A stretch of 53,966 nt of DNA from an uncultured Candidatus Bathyarchaeia archaeon (GCA_964462185.1 CAYWWV010000001.1:12811-66776), one strand, 5' to 3'; counted from the stretch's first letter, positions 9,802 through 19,110 are shown. Program-made: numbers and translations. Notes: generated from the sequence alone by a model not told the origin.

Positions 9802-10350
9802 GTGCCCAGGCTCCTAGTTTTATTGGGGGGGATAGCCTCAGGAAAGACCGCGGCGGCCCTCCGGGCCGTGGAGAGGGGCAGGGGGGCTGGCCTGGAGGTT
9901 TGGGGGGTGGCCGCCCCCAGGGTCTGCCAGGGAGCACTCACCGTCGGCTACCGCGGAGTCTTGCTGGGGGTGGGGGAGACGCTGCCCCTGGTGTACCGGA
10001 GAGGCCACCAACCCCCGGGGGAGTGGATCCCCCTGAGGGGCCCCTACCTATACAACCCCCAGGGATTCCAGAGGGCCAACCAACACCTCTTCGAGGCCTC
10101 CCGCAGGCAAGGCCCCCACACCCTCACCGTGGTGGACGAGTACGGCCACCTGGAGGAAGAGGGGTTGGGGCTGGCACCGGGGTTGAGGAAGGCCCTGGGA
10201 AACCCAGCGCCGGGGAGCCGACTACTGGTGACCTGCAGGGCGGAGAGGCTTCAAGGACTCCTATCGTCCCTGCCTCCAGGGTGGAGGGTATCCACGGTGG
10301 AGGTGGGAGACCTCCAGGAGTTGGCCCGGGCTATGGATTCTTTTATTTAA
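9802..10350 (+). CDS. P-loop NTPase (THEP1/DUF2478-like), first gene of Mo-hydroxylase operon 1
   Basis: Walker A GGIASGKT and Walker B-like LTVVDEYGHLE. GTG start 25 nt after CTTTAACC. A 26-nt gap separates it from the next gene. Confidence 0.5.
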   Translation: MPRLLVLLGGIASGKTAAALRAVERGRGAGLEVWGVAAPRVCQGALTVGYRGVLLGVGETLPLVYRRGHQPPGEWIPLRGPYLYNPQGFQRANQHLFEASRRQGPHTLTVVDEYGHLEEEGLGLAPGLRKALGNPAPGSRLLVTCRAERLQGLLSSLPPGWRVSTVEVGDLQELARAMDSFI

Positions 10351-10376
10351 CCTTTGGACCTCCTTAATCCCACTGA

Positions 10377-12701
10377 GTGGAGGAAGCCTTGGAGTACCAT
10401 AATATTTTGAGAGAGGCCCTGGGCCGAGACGAGTACCTAGTGGTGGGGACCCAGGTGGCCAGGGTGGACGCCTTGGACAAGGCCCTGGGGAGGGCCCGGT
10501 ACACCCCCGACTACATCCCCCCGGGAACCCGGGTGGTTAAAGTCTTCCGGAGCACCCAGGCCCACGCCCTGGTGAAGGCCATCCACACCGAGGAGGCCCT
10601 CAAGGCCCCTGGGGTGGAGGCCGTCTACACGGCGCTGGATGTGACGGGGGAGAACCAGATAGGATACGCCCTCCCAGACCAGCCCTTCCTCAACCACGAG
10701 AAGGTACACTACGTGGGAGACCCCCTCGCCCTAGTGGTGGCCCGGGACGAATACTCGGCCCAAGAGGCCCTCGACCTAATAGAGGTGGACTACCAGCCCC
10801 TCCCAGCCCACCTGGACGTGGACTCCGCCCTCGCCCCAGGCGCAGAGCCCATACACCCCGGCGGCAACATAGCCGTCACCACACGCATAAGGAAGGGAGA
10901 CGCCGAGAAAGGCTTCCAAGAGGCAGACGTCGAGGTGAGAGACACCTACGAAACCCCCTACCAGGAACACGCCTACCTGGAGACAGAGGCAGCCTACGCC
11001 GTCCCCGAGGGCCGCAAGGTCACCGTCGTAGTCACAGGCCAAAGCCCCTTCCTCACCCGGGAGAAGGTGGCCAAAGTCCTTGGGTGGAACCTCAACCAAG
11101 TAAGGGTGATACAGCCCCTCACCGGCGGAGCCTTCGGCGGGAAAGACGACCAGGGGCCCCTGGTGGCAGCATACGCGGCCTTCGCCGCCGTCAAACTGGG
11201 GAAACCCGTGGGAAACGTCTGGACCCGCCAGGAGAGCCTGGCCTACAGCAACAAGAGGTTCCCAGCCCGCATAGACTACCGGAGCGGCGCCAACAAGGAG
11301 GGAAAGGTGACAGCCATACAGGTGGAGATCACCCTGGAGTGCGGGGCCTACGCCAACAGAGCCCCCTTCTGGCTTTGGAGGCAGACGGCCCACGCGGCAG
11401 GCCCCTACGAGGTGGAGAACTGCTGGGTGGATGGGAGAGCAGTCTACACCAACAAGGTGTACGGGGGGAGCTTCAGGGGCTTCGGCGACGTGGCCATGCA
11501 CTTCGCCGCCGAGCTCCAGATGGACAAGCTGGCCGAGGAGCTGGGCATGGACCCCGTGGAGTTCAGGCTCAAGAACGTGTTGAGGGTGGGGAGCCGCACC
11601 ACCTGCGACCAGCTGCTGGACCACAGCGTTGGGATGGCCCAGTGCCTGGAGGCCGTGAGGGACGCCTCCCAGTGGCACCAAAGACGCAAACCCGTCCAAC
11701 AGGGAGGCAAGGTGAGGGGCGTAGGGGTGGGCCTGGCCTACCACGGCATCAGCACCAGCCGGAGCACCCCCGACTGGAGCGCCGCCAGCCTCCTCCTCAA
11801 CCAGGACGGCACCCTCAACTACCGCACAGGCATAGTTGAGCTGGGACAGGGCAGCCCCATGGGCCACATCAAGATCGTATCCGAGATAACGGGCATAACC
11901 CTCGACAGAATAGTGGTGGACCCCCCCGACACCGACAGCAGCCCCAACTCCAAGCCCACCCACGGCAGCAGAGGCCTCATGCTGGGGGGCACGGCCGCCG
12001 CCGACGCAGCCCTGAAGCTGAGGCGGAGCATGGTGGCCTGCGCCTCCGAGCTCCTGGGGATACCCGAGGACCGGGTGGAGCTGAGGGACAACAGGGCCTA
12101 CGAGAGGGGAAACCCTGGGAACGGGTTGGACGTGGGGGAGCTCGCCGAGGAGATGTACGCCCGGGGATACCAGCCAGGCGCCTACGGGTTCTTCAAGGCC
12201 CCCAAACGGTTCTACGACCCCGAGACGGGGCTGGGGGTCAACTACAGCGTTTACACCTTTGCGGCAAGCGTCGCCGAGGTGGAGGTTGACACTGAGACAG
12301 GCGTGGTCTCGGTGACCCACATCTGGCCGGCCATGGACTGCGGCAAAGCCATAGACCCCCTCATGGTGGAGGGCCAGATAGAGGGAGCCATAGGCCAGGG
12401 CCTGGGCTTCGCCCTCACCGAGAACCTGGAGATCGGCCCCCAAGGCCAGGTGCTCAACGACAGCCTCACCGACTACGTCATCCCATGCTCCCTAGACACC
12501 CCCCAGGTGGAGCCCTGCATCATCGTAGAGGAACCATACAAATACGGCGCCTTCGGCGCCAAAGGAGTGGGGGAGCCAGCCATCATAAGCGTGGTCCCCG
12601 CCATCGTCAACGCCGTCCACCACGCCACCGGCCTCTGGTTCAACAAGCTGCCCCTACAGCCGTGGGTGGTCCACAAGGCCTTGAAGGAGGCGGGAGCATG
12701 A
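10377..12701 (+). CDS. Xanthine dehydrogenase-family molybdopterin-binding large subunit (enzyme 1)
   Basis: 774 aa. TGGAFGGKDD, GGSFRGFGD and C-terminal GAKGVGEPA (catalytic Glu) are typical of Mo hydroxylases. Confidence 0.85.
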   Translation: MEEALEYHNILREALGRDEYLVVGTQVARVDALDKALGRARYTPDYIPPGTRVVKVFRSTQAHALVKAIHTEEALKAPGVEAVYTALDVTGENQIGYALPDQPFLNHEKVHYVGDPLALVVARDEYSAQEALDLIEVDYQPLPAHLDVDSALAPGAEPIHPGGNIAVTTRIRKGDAEKGFQEADVEVRDTYETPYQEHAYLETEAAYAVPEGRKVTVVVTGQSPFLTREKVAKVLGWNLNQVRVIQPLTGGAFGGKDDQGPLVAAYAAFAAVKLGKPVGNVWTRQESLAYSNKRFPARIDYRSGANKEGKVTAIQVEITLECGAYANRAPFWLWRQTAHAAGPYEVENCWVDGRAVYTNKVYGGSFRGFGDVAMHFAAELQMDKLAEELGMDPVEFRLKNVLRVGSRTTCDQLLDHSVGMAQCLEAVRDASQWHQRRKPVQQGGKVRGVGVGLAYHGISTSRSTPDWSAASLLLNQDGTLNYRTGIVELGQGSPMGHIKIVSEITGITLDRIVVDPPDTDSSPNSKPTHGSRGLMLGGTAAADAALKLRRSMVACASELLGIPEDRVELRDNRAYERGNPGNGLDVGELAEEMYARGYQPGAYGFFKAPKRFYDPETGLGVNYSVYTFAASVAEVEVDTETGVVSVTHIWPAMDCGKAIDPLMVEGQIEGAIGQGLGFALTENLEIGPQGQVLNDSLTDYVIPCSLDTPQVEPCIIVEEPYKYGAFGAKGVGEPAIISVVPAIVNAVHHATGLWFNKLPLQPWVVHKALKEAGA

Positions 12702-13564
12702 GGCCCCTACCCAGGTTCCAGCTCCACTCCCCCGTCACCCTCCGGGGAGCCCTGGAGCTCCTGGACGAGCTTGAAGACGCCAAGCCCCTGGCGGGTGGCA
12801 CAGACCTCCTGGTGGCTATGAGGGAGGGGGAGCAGGCCCCCGGCCACCTGGTGGACCTGGGGTGGATACCCGAGCTCTCCTACGTGGAGGAGGGGGAAGG
12901 CTACGTGAGGATAGGCGCCACGGCCACCCTCGCCCAGATTGCCTCAAGCCCCGCAGCCGCCAAGCTCCCCGCCCTCCTGGACGCCCTGAGGGTGATGGGG
13001 AGCCCCCAGATCAGGAACAGGGGCACATTGGCGGGGAACCTGGTGAACGCCAGCCCGGCTGCGGACACAGCCTGCCCCCTCCTGGTGCACGGGGGGGAGG
13101 TGGTGGCTGCCTCGGTGGAGGGTTCCCGGGTGATTCCCTTGGAGGAGTTCTTCACGGGGCCTAAGAAGTGCTGCCTGGAGGCCAACGAGCTGGTGGTGGA
13201 GGTGCGGGCCCCCATCCCCCCCGAGGGCTCCTCCAGCGCCTACGTGCGGCTGGGGAGGAGGAAGGGCTTCACACTCTCTGTGGTGGGGGCGGCTGTCTAC
13301 CTAGAGGTGGAAGACGGGGTGTGCGTGGAGGCCTCGGCGGCTTATGGAAGTGTGGCCCCCACCCCCTTAAAGCTGGAGGAGGTGGGGGAGGCCCTGGAGG
13401 GGGGCCCCTTAACCCCCGAGAGGGTGGAGGCTGCGGCCGCCCTCTCAGCCCAGCTGGTCAACCCCATAACCGATATACGGGGGACGGCCGAGTATAGACG
13501 GGATATGTGCCCTGTTTTGACTCGGAGGGCGGTGGAGAAGGCCCTCGGGAGGCTGGGGGTGTAG
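12698..13564 (+). CDS. Mo-hydroxylase FAD-binding medium subunit (enzyme 1)
   Basis: LAGGTDLL, RNRGTLAGNL and the CO-dehydrogenase-flavoprotein C-terminal TDIRGTAEYRR. ATG 12698 overlaps the upstream stop (ATGA). The tracked N-terminal extension was rejected. Confidence 0.85.
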   Translation: MRPLPRFQLHSPVTLRGALELLDELEDAKPLAGGTDLLVAMREGEQAPGHLVDLGWIPELSYVEEGEGYVRIGATATLAQIASSPAAAKLPALLDALRVMGSPQIRNRGTLAGNLVNASPAADTACPLLVHGGEVVAASVEGSRVIPLEEFFTGPKKCCLEANELVVEVRAPIPPEGSSSAYVRLGRRKGFTLSVVGAAVYLEVEDGVCVEASAAYGSVAPTPLKLEEVGEALEGGPLTPERVEAAAALSAQLVNPITDIRGTAEYRRDMCPVLTRRAVEKALGRLGV

Positions 13565-13566
13565 GC

Positions 13567-14034
13567 TTGAAGGTGGAGTTCGAGCTAAACGGGGAGAGGG
13601 TCTCGGTGGAGGCCGAGGCCTGGACTACTCTGACGGACCTCTTGAGGGAGGGCCTGGGGGTGCTCAGCGTCAAGAAGGGGTGCGAGCAGGGTGAGTGCGG
13701 TGCCTGCACCGTGTTGTTGAACGGGGAGGCGGTGCCCAGCTGCATGGTGTTGGCTCCCCAGGTGGAGGGGGCCAAGGTGACCACCCTGGAGGGCTTGGAG
13801 CACCACCCCATCATGCTGGACCTCAGGGACGCCTTCATAGAAGGCGGCGCCGTCCAGTGCGGCTTCTGCACCCCGGGCATGCTCATCAGCAGCTACGCCC
13901 TCCTAAGGGATAACCCCCACCCCACCCCGGAGGAGGTCAAGGAGGCCCTGGTGGGGAACATATGCCGCTGCACGGGTTACACCAAGATCATCGACGCCGT
14001 ACTGGAAGCAGCGGAGCGTGTGGCCACTGAGTGA
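13567..14034 (+). CDS. Mo-hydroxylase [2Fe-2S] small subunit (enzyme 1)
   Basis: CEQGECGACTV and QCGFCTPG...CRCTGY cluster motifs. TTG 13567 (or GTG 13573) lies just after the upstream stop at 13564. Confidence 0.85.
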   Translation: MKVEFELNGERVSVEAEAWTTLTDLLREGLGVLSVKKGCEQGECGACTVLLNGEAVPSCMVLAPQVEGAKVTTLEGLEHHPIMLDLRDAFIEGGAVQCGFCTPGMLISSYALLRDNPHPTPEEVKEALVGNICRCTGYTKIIDAVLEAAERVATE

Positions 14035-14821
14035 GCAAGAGGTGGTTGAGAGGCTTTTCCGAGAGCTGGAGGCGGGGAGGCCTGCGGCTCTCTGCACGGT
14101 GGTGGGTAAGAGGGGTTCAGCCCCCCGGGGGGTGGGCTCCAAGATGTTGGTCTTGTGCGATGGATCGCTGGTGGGTACGGTGGGGGGTGGGGGGATGGAG
14201 AGGGTTCTGGTGGGGGAGGCGCTGGAGGCCTTGCGGAGTGGGAGGGCCGGGGTGGTCAGGTTCGCCCTAGGGGTGCCTCCCCGGGAGGGCTTTTTGGCTG
14301 TGGATAGCCGTTGCGGGGGGGAGGTGGAGGTCTTGGTGGACCCTGTTCGACCCGACCCCAGGCTGGTGATATTGGGGAGCGGCCTCATAGCCCAGGCCAC
14401 CTCCAGGGTCGCGCAGCTATGCGGCTTCCAAGTCACGGTGGTGGACGACGCCCCCACGGCCACCCAGGAGAACTTCCCAGGGGCCACCCTGGTAAACGGT
14501 CCCTACCCCCAGTCCCTGGAGGGGGTGGAGGTGAGGCCGGGAGACTATGTGGCCGTCCTCCACGGGGAGACGGACTTCGAGTTGGAGGCCCTTAGGTTTG
14601 CCCTCAGGGCCCGGCCGGCCTTCATAGGGCTGCTGGGGAGCGCCAACAAGAGGAGGAGCCACTTGGAGCAGCTGGCTTCCGAGGGCTTCCCGAGGGGGGA
14701 GTTGGAGAGGGTTTACGGGCCCATAGGGCTGGAGATTGGGGCTGAGACCGCTGAGGAGATAGCCGTCAGCATCGTCGCCCAGCTTATTCGGGTCAGGAGG
14801 GGCTTGGAGCCCTCTCCATGA
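14018..14821 (+). CDS. xdhC: XdhC/CoxI-family Moco insertion accessory protein
   Basis: N-terminal XdhC_CoxI-like LCTVVGKRGSAPRGVGSKMLV and a Rossmann-like LVILGSG segment. Last gene of operon 1. Confidence 0.8.
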   Translation: MWPLSEQEVVERLFRELEAGRPAALCTVVGKRGSAPRGVGSKMLVLCDGSLVGTVGGGGMERVLVGEALEALRSGRAGVVRFALGVPPREGFLAVDSRCGGEVEVLVDPVRPDPRLVILGSGLIAQATSRVAQLCGFQVTVVDDAPTATQENFPGATLVNGPYPQSLEGVEVRPGDYVAVLHGETDFELEALRFALRARPAFIGLLGSANKRRSHLEQLASEGFPRGELERVYGPIGLEIGAETAEEIAVSIVAQLIRVRRGLEPSP

Positions 14822-15386
14822 GGCGGAGGGCCTTCTGGTAGTCGTCGGGTGTGTCCAGGTCCAGCACGGTCCAGATGTCTCCCTCCACGTGCAGGTGGCG
14901 GGAGTCGTGGGCCTGGAAGAGGTCTCTAAGGGTCTCCCCGGGGCCCAGGGCTAGGATTTGGGGGAAGAGCCTGCCTGAGACCAGCACCGGGTGGCCCCTC
15001 CTCCCCTGGTAGAGGGGGCTCACCAGGAGGGCGTCCGACTCCTCCATCCTCTCCACCATGCGGGCCAGTAGCCCGGGGCTTGCCCCAAGGCTGTCCCCCA
15101 GGCAGAGGAAAACGGCGTCTGCCTCTACGGCGGCCTTCAAGCCGGCCTGGAAGCTGGTGGTCATCCCCTCCTTGTAGCGGGGGTTGTGGACCACCTGGGC
15201 GCCCCTCCTCAGGGCCAGGGGCTCCACCTCCTCAGGTTTGTGGCCGGTGACGACTACGGTGGGGTAAGCCTCGAGGCGCCCCAAGACGTGGTCCAGGAGG
15301 GGTCTCCCAGCCAGGGGTAGAAGCAGCTTGTTGGCCCCCATGCGGCGGCTCTCCCCCGCCGCCAGGACCACGGCTTTTACCTTCAT
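14793..15386 (-). CDS. mocA: MobA-like nucleotidyltransferase, probable molybdenum cofactor cytidylyltransferase
   Basis: VVLAAGESRRMGANKLLLPL motif. ATGA overlap with the upstream small-subunit gene. Last gene of operon 2. Confidence 0.75.
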   Translation of the reverse strand: MKVKAVVLAAGESRRMGANKLLLPLAGRPLLDHVLGRLEAYPTVVVTGHKPEEVEPLALRRGAQVVHNPRYKEGMTTSFQAGLKAAVEADAVFLCLGDSLGASPGLLARMVERMEESDALLVSPLYQGRRGHPVLVSGRLFPQILALGPGETLRDLFQAHDSRHLHVEGDIWTVLDLDTPDDYQKALRLMERAPSPS

Positions 15387-15844
15387 GACAGCTCCTGGGC
15401 CGCCCTCTGCACTGCTTTAACTATGCTCACGTAGCCGGTGCACCTGCACAGGTTTCCCTTGAGGTAGGCTCTTATCTCCTCCTCCGAGGGGTGGGGGTTC
15501 TCTGAGAGCAGGGCCTTGGTGGTTAGTATGAATCCTGGGGTGCAGAAGCCGCACTGGACGGCGGCCTCCTCCAAGTAGGCCCTCTGAATGGGGTGTAGCT
15601 CCTCCCCTTGGCTAAGGCCCTCCACCGTCTCCACCCTCCTTCCATCGCAGTCCACGGCCAGGGTCATGCAGGCCAGAACCGCCTCCCCGTCCAGCAGCAC
15701 GGTGCAGGCACCGCACTCCCCTATTCCGCAGCCATACTTGGCCCCCGTCAAGCCCAGCCGGTCTCTTAGGAGGTTGAGGAGCAGGGTGTTGGGCTCCACC
15801 TCCAGGCGGTGCAGCTCCCCGTTCACGTAGAGGCTTATCTCCAA
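15383..15844 (-). CDS. Mo-hydroxylase [2Fe-2S] small subunit (enzyme 2)
   Basis: CGIGECGACTV and QCGFCTPG...CRCTGY. TTG start directly after the stop of the FAD subunit. Confidence 0.85.
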   Translation of the reverse strand: MEISLYVNGELHRLEVEPNTLLLNLLRDRLGLTGAKYGCGIGECGACTVLLDGEAVLACMTLAVDCDGRRVETVEGLSQGEELHPIQRAYLEEAAVQCGFCTPGFILTTKALLSENPHPSEEEIRAYLKGNLCRCTGYVSIVKAVQRAAQELS

Positions 15845-16738
15845 CTACTCCACCCCCGCCTCCAGCCAACAGGCCTTCAAGGCATCCATCACCAAGCCCT
15901 TACACGCCTCCCTACGGTACTCGGCCGTCCCCCGTATATCGGTTATGGGGCGTATCTCCTGGGAGGCCAACTCGGCGGCCCTCCAAACAACCCCATCGTC
16001 CAGCACCCGTCCCCGCAGATACTCCTCCACGCCGTGGAGCCTCAGGGGTATGGGCGCCACGCTACCCATGGCCAGCCGGGCCTCCTCCACGCGGTCGCCT
16101 CTGCGCTTGAGGGCTGCGGCAACGCTGACGGTGCTGATGTCCAGGCTCATGCGGCCTATGGAGGTGAAGCGCTGGCCGTAGCCGTCGTGGGGCCTCACAC
16201 GGAAGCCCACCACCAGCTCCCCCCGCTCCAAGATGGTCTTACCCGGCCCCCTGAAGAACTCCTCTATGGGGTGGCTCCTACGCTCCGAGGCCCCAGCCAC
16301 CTCCACCTCAGCCCCCAAGGCCACCAGGGCGAGGGCCCCGTCGGCCGCCGGCGAGGCGTTGCAGACGTTCCCCCCCAGGGTTCCCATGTTTCTGATTTGG
16401 ACGCTGCCGATGCTGGAGACCGCCTGGTGTAGGAGGGGCAGCCTCTCAGATACCAGCTTGCTTTTCTCAAGGGCCCTCAGCTTGGTGGCCGCCCCAATCC
16501 ACACCAAGCCGTCTTCCTCCCGAATCCCCGTAAGCTCGGGTATCCTCTTCAGGTTCACCAGGTGGCGGGGGCGGATCAGGGCCTGCTTAGCCTTGGGGAT
16601 GAGGTCTGTGCCTCCTGCGAAGGCCATGGCGCCCTCCAACTCGGAGAGGAGGCTGCAGGCCTCCTCCACGGTGGTGGGGCTGTGGTATTGGAAGGGGTGG
16701 GCTAGGACCCGGGTGTTCCACTTGTTCACGTCCAACAC
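15845..16738 (-). CDS. Mo-hydroxylase FAD-binding medium subunit (enzyme 2)
   Basis: FAGGTDLI, RNMGTLGGNV and TDIRGTAEYRR. GTG start abuts the large-subunit stop. Confidence 0.85.
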   Translation of the reverse strand: MLDVNKWNTRVLAHPFQYHSPTTVEEACSLLSELEGAMAFAGGTDLIPKAKQALIRPRHLVNLKRIPELTGIREEDGLVWIGAATKLRALEKSKLVSERLPLLHQAVSSIGSVQIRNMGTLGGNVCNASPAADGALALVALGAEVEVAGASERRSHPIEEFFRGPGKTILERGELVVGFRVRPHDGYGQRFTSIGRMSLDISTVSVAAALKRRGDRVEEARLAMGSVAPIPLRLHGVEEYLRGRVLDDGVVWRAAELASQEIRPITDIRGTAEYRREACKGLVMDALKACWLEAGVE

Positions 16739-19087
16739 CTACTCTTCACCTCCCTTGAGGGCCGCCAGTATGCGGTCCTTGTTGATGGGTAGCTCGTAGA
16801 ACCTCACCCCCAGAGCGTTGTGGATGGCGTTGGCCACAGCTCCAGCCACAGGGTTCAAAGCCCCCTCCCCGATGCCCTTGGCCCCGAAGGGCCCGGTGGG
16901 CTCGTAGGTCTCCACGAAGAAGACCTGGAAGTCCTCCAAGGGGGGCATATCCATGGGGGTGGGCACCTTGTAGTCGCTGAGGAAGCCGTGGCACAGCAGG
17001 TCCCCCGTCTCGGGGTCGTAGGGGGTGTCCTCGTTCACAGCCATGCTCCAACCCTGGGCGAAGCCCCCGTGTATCTGCCCCATGGCCAGCTTGGGGTTGA
17101 TCACGGTGCCGATGTCAGCCCCCGCCACCACCCTCAAAGGCCTCACCCTACCCGTCCAGGTGTCCACCTCCACCTCAACAAAGTAACCCGTGAAATGGGG
17201 GGGACAAGCAGGCTGCCGGTAGCTGTCCACGGCTGCCACCGTCCCCAGGTTCTTATGCCTCATCTCGTAGGCCAACTCCTTGAGGGACAGCTCCCGCCCC
17301 CCAATCCCCTCAGCGTAGACCACCGCCTGCCCCCTATCGGGGTCCCACCGCATCTTCAAAGCATCGGGGTAGGCGTCCAGAAGCCTGGCGGCCACCTCCT
17401 GAATCTTCTTCTTGACCTGGAGAGCCACCTTCAGGGCCGCACCGCCCCCGCTGTAGACCCCCCGGGAAGCGTGGGTGCAGACATCGTAGACCGTGGTGGA
17501 GGTGTCGGCGCTAACGATGTTAACCATCTCAGGGGGCACACACAGGGTCTCCGCGATGATCTTGGCGTGGGCATCCAGGGTGCCGCCGCCGTGGTCCATG
17601 AGGGCCGAGACGTAGTCGAAGGTCCCATCCTCGTTGAGCTTCAACATGGCGCCGCCGAAGTCGATGACGCTGCCGGGCACGGGGGCCCCAGCGCTGCTGG
17701 TGTGGTACCCACGGGCCATGCCTATGCCCCTCCTGAACCTCCCCCTCTGGCTCCCCGGCTTGGGCCTCCTATCCCAACCGATCATCTCGGCGCCCCTCTT
17801 GAGAATCTCCTCCACCCCGCAGCTGTTGATGACGCTTTGGACGCTGGGGCCCTGACCCCAGAAGAGGTCTCCCTGGCCCACATAGTTGAGGAGCCTGAAC
17901 TCCACGGGGTCCATCCCCAGCTCCTCGGCCAGCTCGTCCATGGTGGTCTCAACGGCCCAGGTGATCTGGGGGTTGCCGTAGCCCCTGAAGGCGCAGGCCG
18001 GCACCTTGTTGGTGTAGTAGGCGCGGCCATGGTACTCTTTGTGGGGCAGCTTGTAGAGGCTCACCCACCAGCCCACCACGCAGCCCAGCAGGGGGTAGGC
18101 CTGGATCTGGTGGCCCCCGATATCCAGGTAGGCGTCCAGGCTGCCAGCTGTGAGCCTGCCCTCCCTGTTGGCCCCCATCTTCAACCTGAAGACCATCTGG
18201 TAGCTGCAGTGGTCGTGTAGGTCCTCCTCCCGGGTGTAGCTCAGCTTAACGGGGCGGCCTGCCTTGAGGGCCAGGGCCACCGCTATGGGGATGGGGGGGT
18301 TCACCTGGATGCTGGATCCGAAGCTCCCCCCTATGGGGACCTTGACCACCCTGATCTTGCCCATGGGTATCCCGAAGATCTCGTGGAGGAGGATGCGGGT
18401 GTTGTGGAGGGTCTGGGTTGTGCTCCAGATGGTCACCCCTCCCCCGGGCTCGGGTCGCACTAGGACCGACTTGGTCTCCAGCTGGGTGTGGTACCTCCTG
18501 TTGGTGCGGTAAACGTTCTCCACAACCACATCGGCCTCCCGGAACCCCTCCTCGGGGTCCCCCTCCACTATGTCCAGGCTGCAGGCCAGATTCCCCTCCA
18601 CCTGGCGGGGCTCATCCCCCAAGACCAGCTTCTCATGGATCTGGGGGGCTCCCTCCTCCGAGGCCTCCTCCACCGAGAAGACCGCCGGCAAGGGCTCCCA
18701 CTCCACCACCAGCTCCTCCAGCGCCCTCTGGGCGGCCTCCTCACTCCTCGCCGCCACGGCAGCCACAGGCTCACCCACATACCTAGCCTTCTTGGCCAGG
18801 ACCCTCCAGTCCTTGTAGGTGCTGCTGGGGACGCTCACCAGCCTTGGACAGAACAAGACATCGGGCACCTCCCAGGGAGTCAAGACCACCGCCGAGGGAT
18901 CGGAAACCCCTGAGGAGTCCACCCCCTTCACGAGTGCATGGGGGTGGGGGCTCTTCAAGAGCCTGGCGTGGAGCATGCCGGGGAGGCTGAGGTCGGAGGC
19001 ATACACCTCCCTCCCCGTCACCTTGGCCACGCCGTCCTGACGGATGGTATCCCTGCCGATAACCCGGAACCCTGGTGTACTCGCCAT
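16739..19087 (-). CDS. Xanthine dehydrogenase-family molybdopterin-binding large subunit (enzyme 2)
   Basis: 782 aa. IGGSFGSS, CAFRGYGNPQ and GAKGIGEGA. ATG start 27 nt from an A/T box. Confidence 0.85.
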   Translation of the reverse strand: MASTPGFRVIGRDTIRQDGVAKVTGREVYASDLSLPGMLHARLLKSPHPHALVKGVDSSGVSDPSAVVLTPWEVPDVLFCPRLVSVPSSTYKDWRVLAKKARYVGEPVAAVAARSEEAAQRALEELVVEWEPLPAVFSVEEASEEGAPQIHEKLVLGDEPRQVEGNLACSLDIVEGDPEEGFREADVVVENVYRTNRRYHTQLETKSVLVRPEPGGGVTIWSTTQTLHNTRILLHEIFGIPMGKIRVVKVPIGGSFGSSIQVNPPIPIAVALALKAGRPVKLSYTREEDLHDHCSYQMVFRLKMGANREGRLTAGSLDAYLDIGGHQIQAYPLLGCVVGWWVSLYKLPHKEYHGRAYYTNKVPACAFRGYGNPQITWAVETTMDELAEELGMDPVEFRLLNYVGQGDLFWGQGPSVQSVINSCGVEEILKRGAEMIGWDRRPKPGSQRGRFRRGIGMARGYHTSSAGAPVPGSVIDFGGAMLKLNEDGTFDYVSALMDHGGGTLDAHAKIIAETLCVPPEMVNIVSADTSTTVYDVCTHASRGVYSGGGAALKVALQVKKKIQEVAARLLDAYPDALKMRWDPDRGQAVVYAEGIGGRELSLKELAYEMRHKNLGTVAAVDSYRQPACPPHFTGYFVEVEVDTWTGRVRPLRVVAGADIGTVINPKLAMGQIHGGFAQGWSMAVNEDTPYDPETGDLLCHGFLSDYKVPTPMDMPPLEDFQVFFVETYEPTGPFGAKGIGEGALNPVAGAVANAIHNALGVRFYELPINKDRILAALKGGEE

Positions 19088-19110
19088 AAGGATAGAAAGG
19101 GTGGCTGAGT

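Noticed and set aside
10776-12443. 555-aa ORF antisense to the enzyme-1 large subunit
   Set aside because: It is the mirror of a well-supported gene on the G-rich strand. The product is Gly/Pro/His/Val-rich low complexity with no recognisable motif, which is typical of shadow ORFs in high-GC DNA.
12485-12697. N-terminal extensions of tracked ORFs that overlap the preceding gene (also 3225-3335, 26238-26495 and 46671-46787)
   Set aside because: The extensions are Arg/Pro-rich and overlap well-supported upstream coding sequence. Internal starts sit at ATGA overlaps or right after upstream stops and restore normal family N-termini.
16820-18220. 466-aa ORF antisense to the enzyme-2 large subunit
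   Set aside because: Same reasoning: the opposite strand encodes a complete Mo-hydroxylase subunit with all motifs, and this frame is Pro/Gly/His-rich.
10377-19087. Calling the two L-M-S enzymes aerobic CO dehydrogenases (CoxLMS)
   Set aside because: The diagnostic AYxCSFR or AYRGAGR loop is replaced by GSFRGFGD and CAFRGYGN. Only the generic family assignment is supported.
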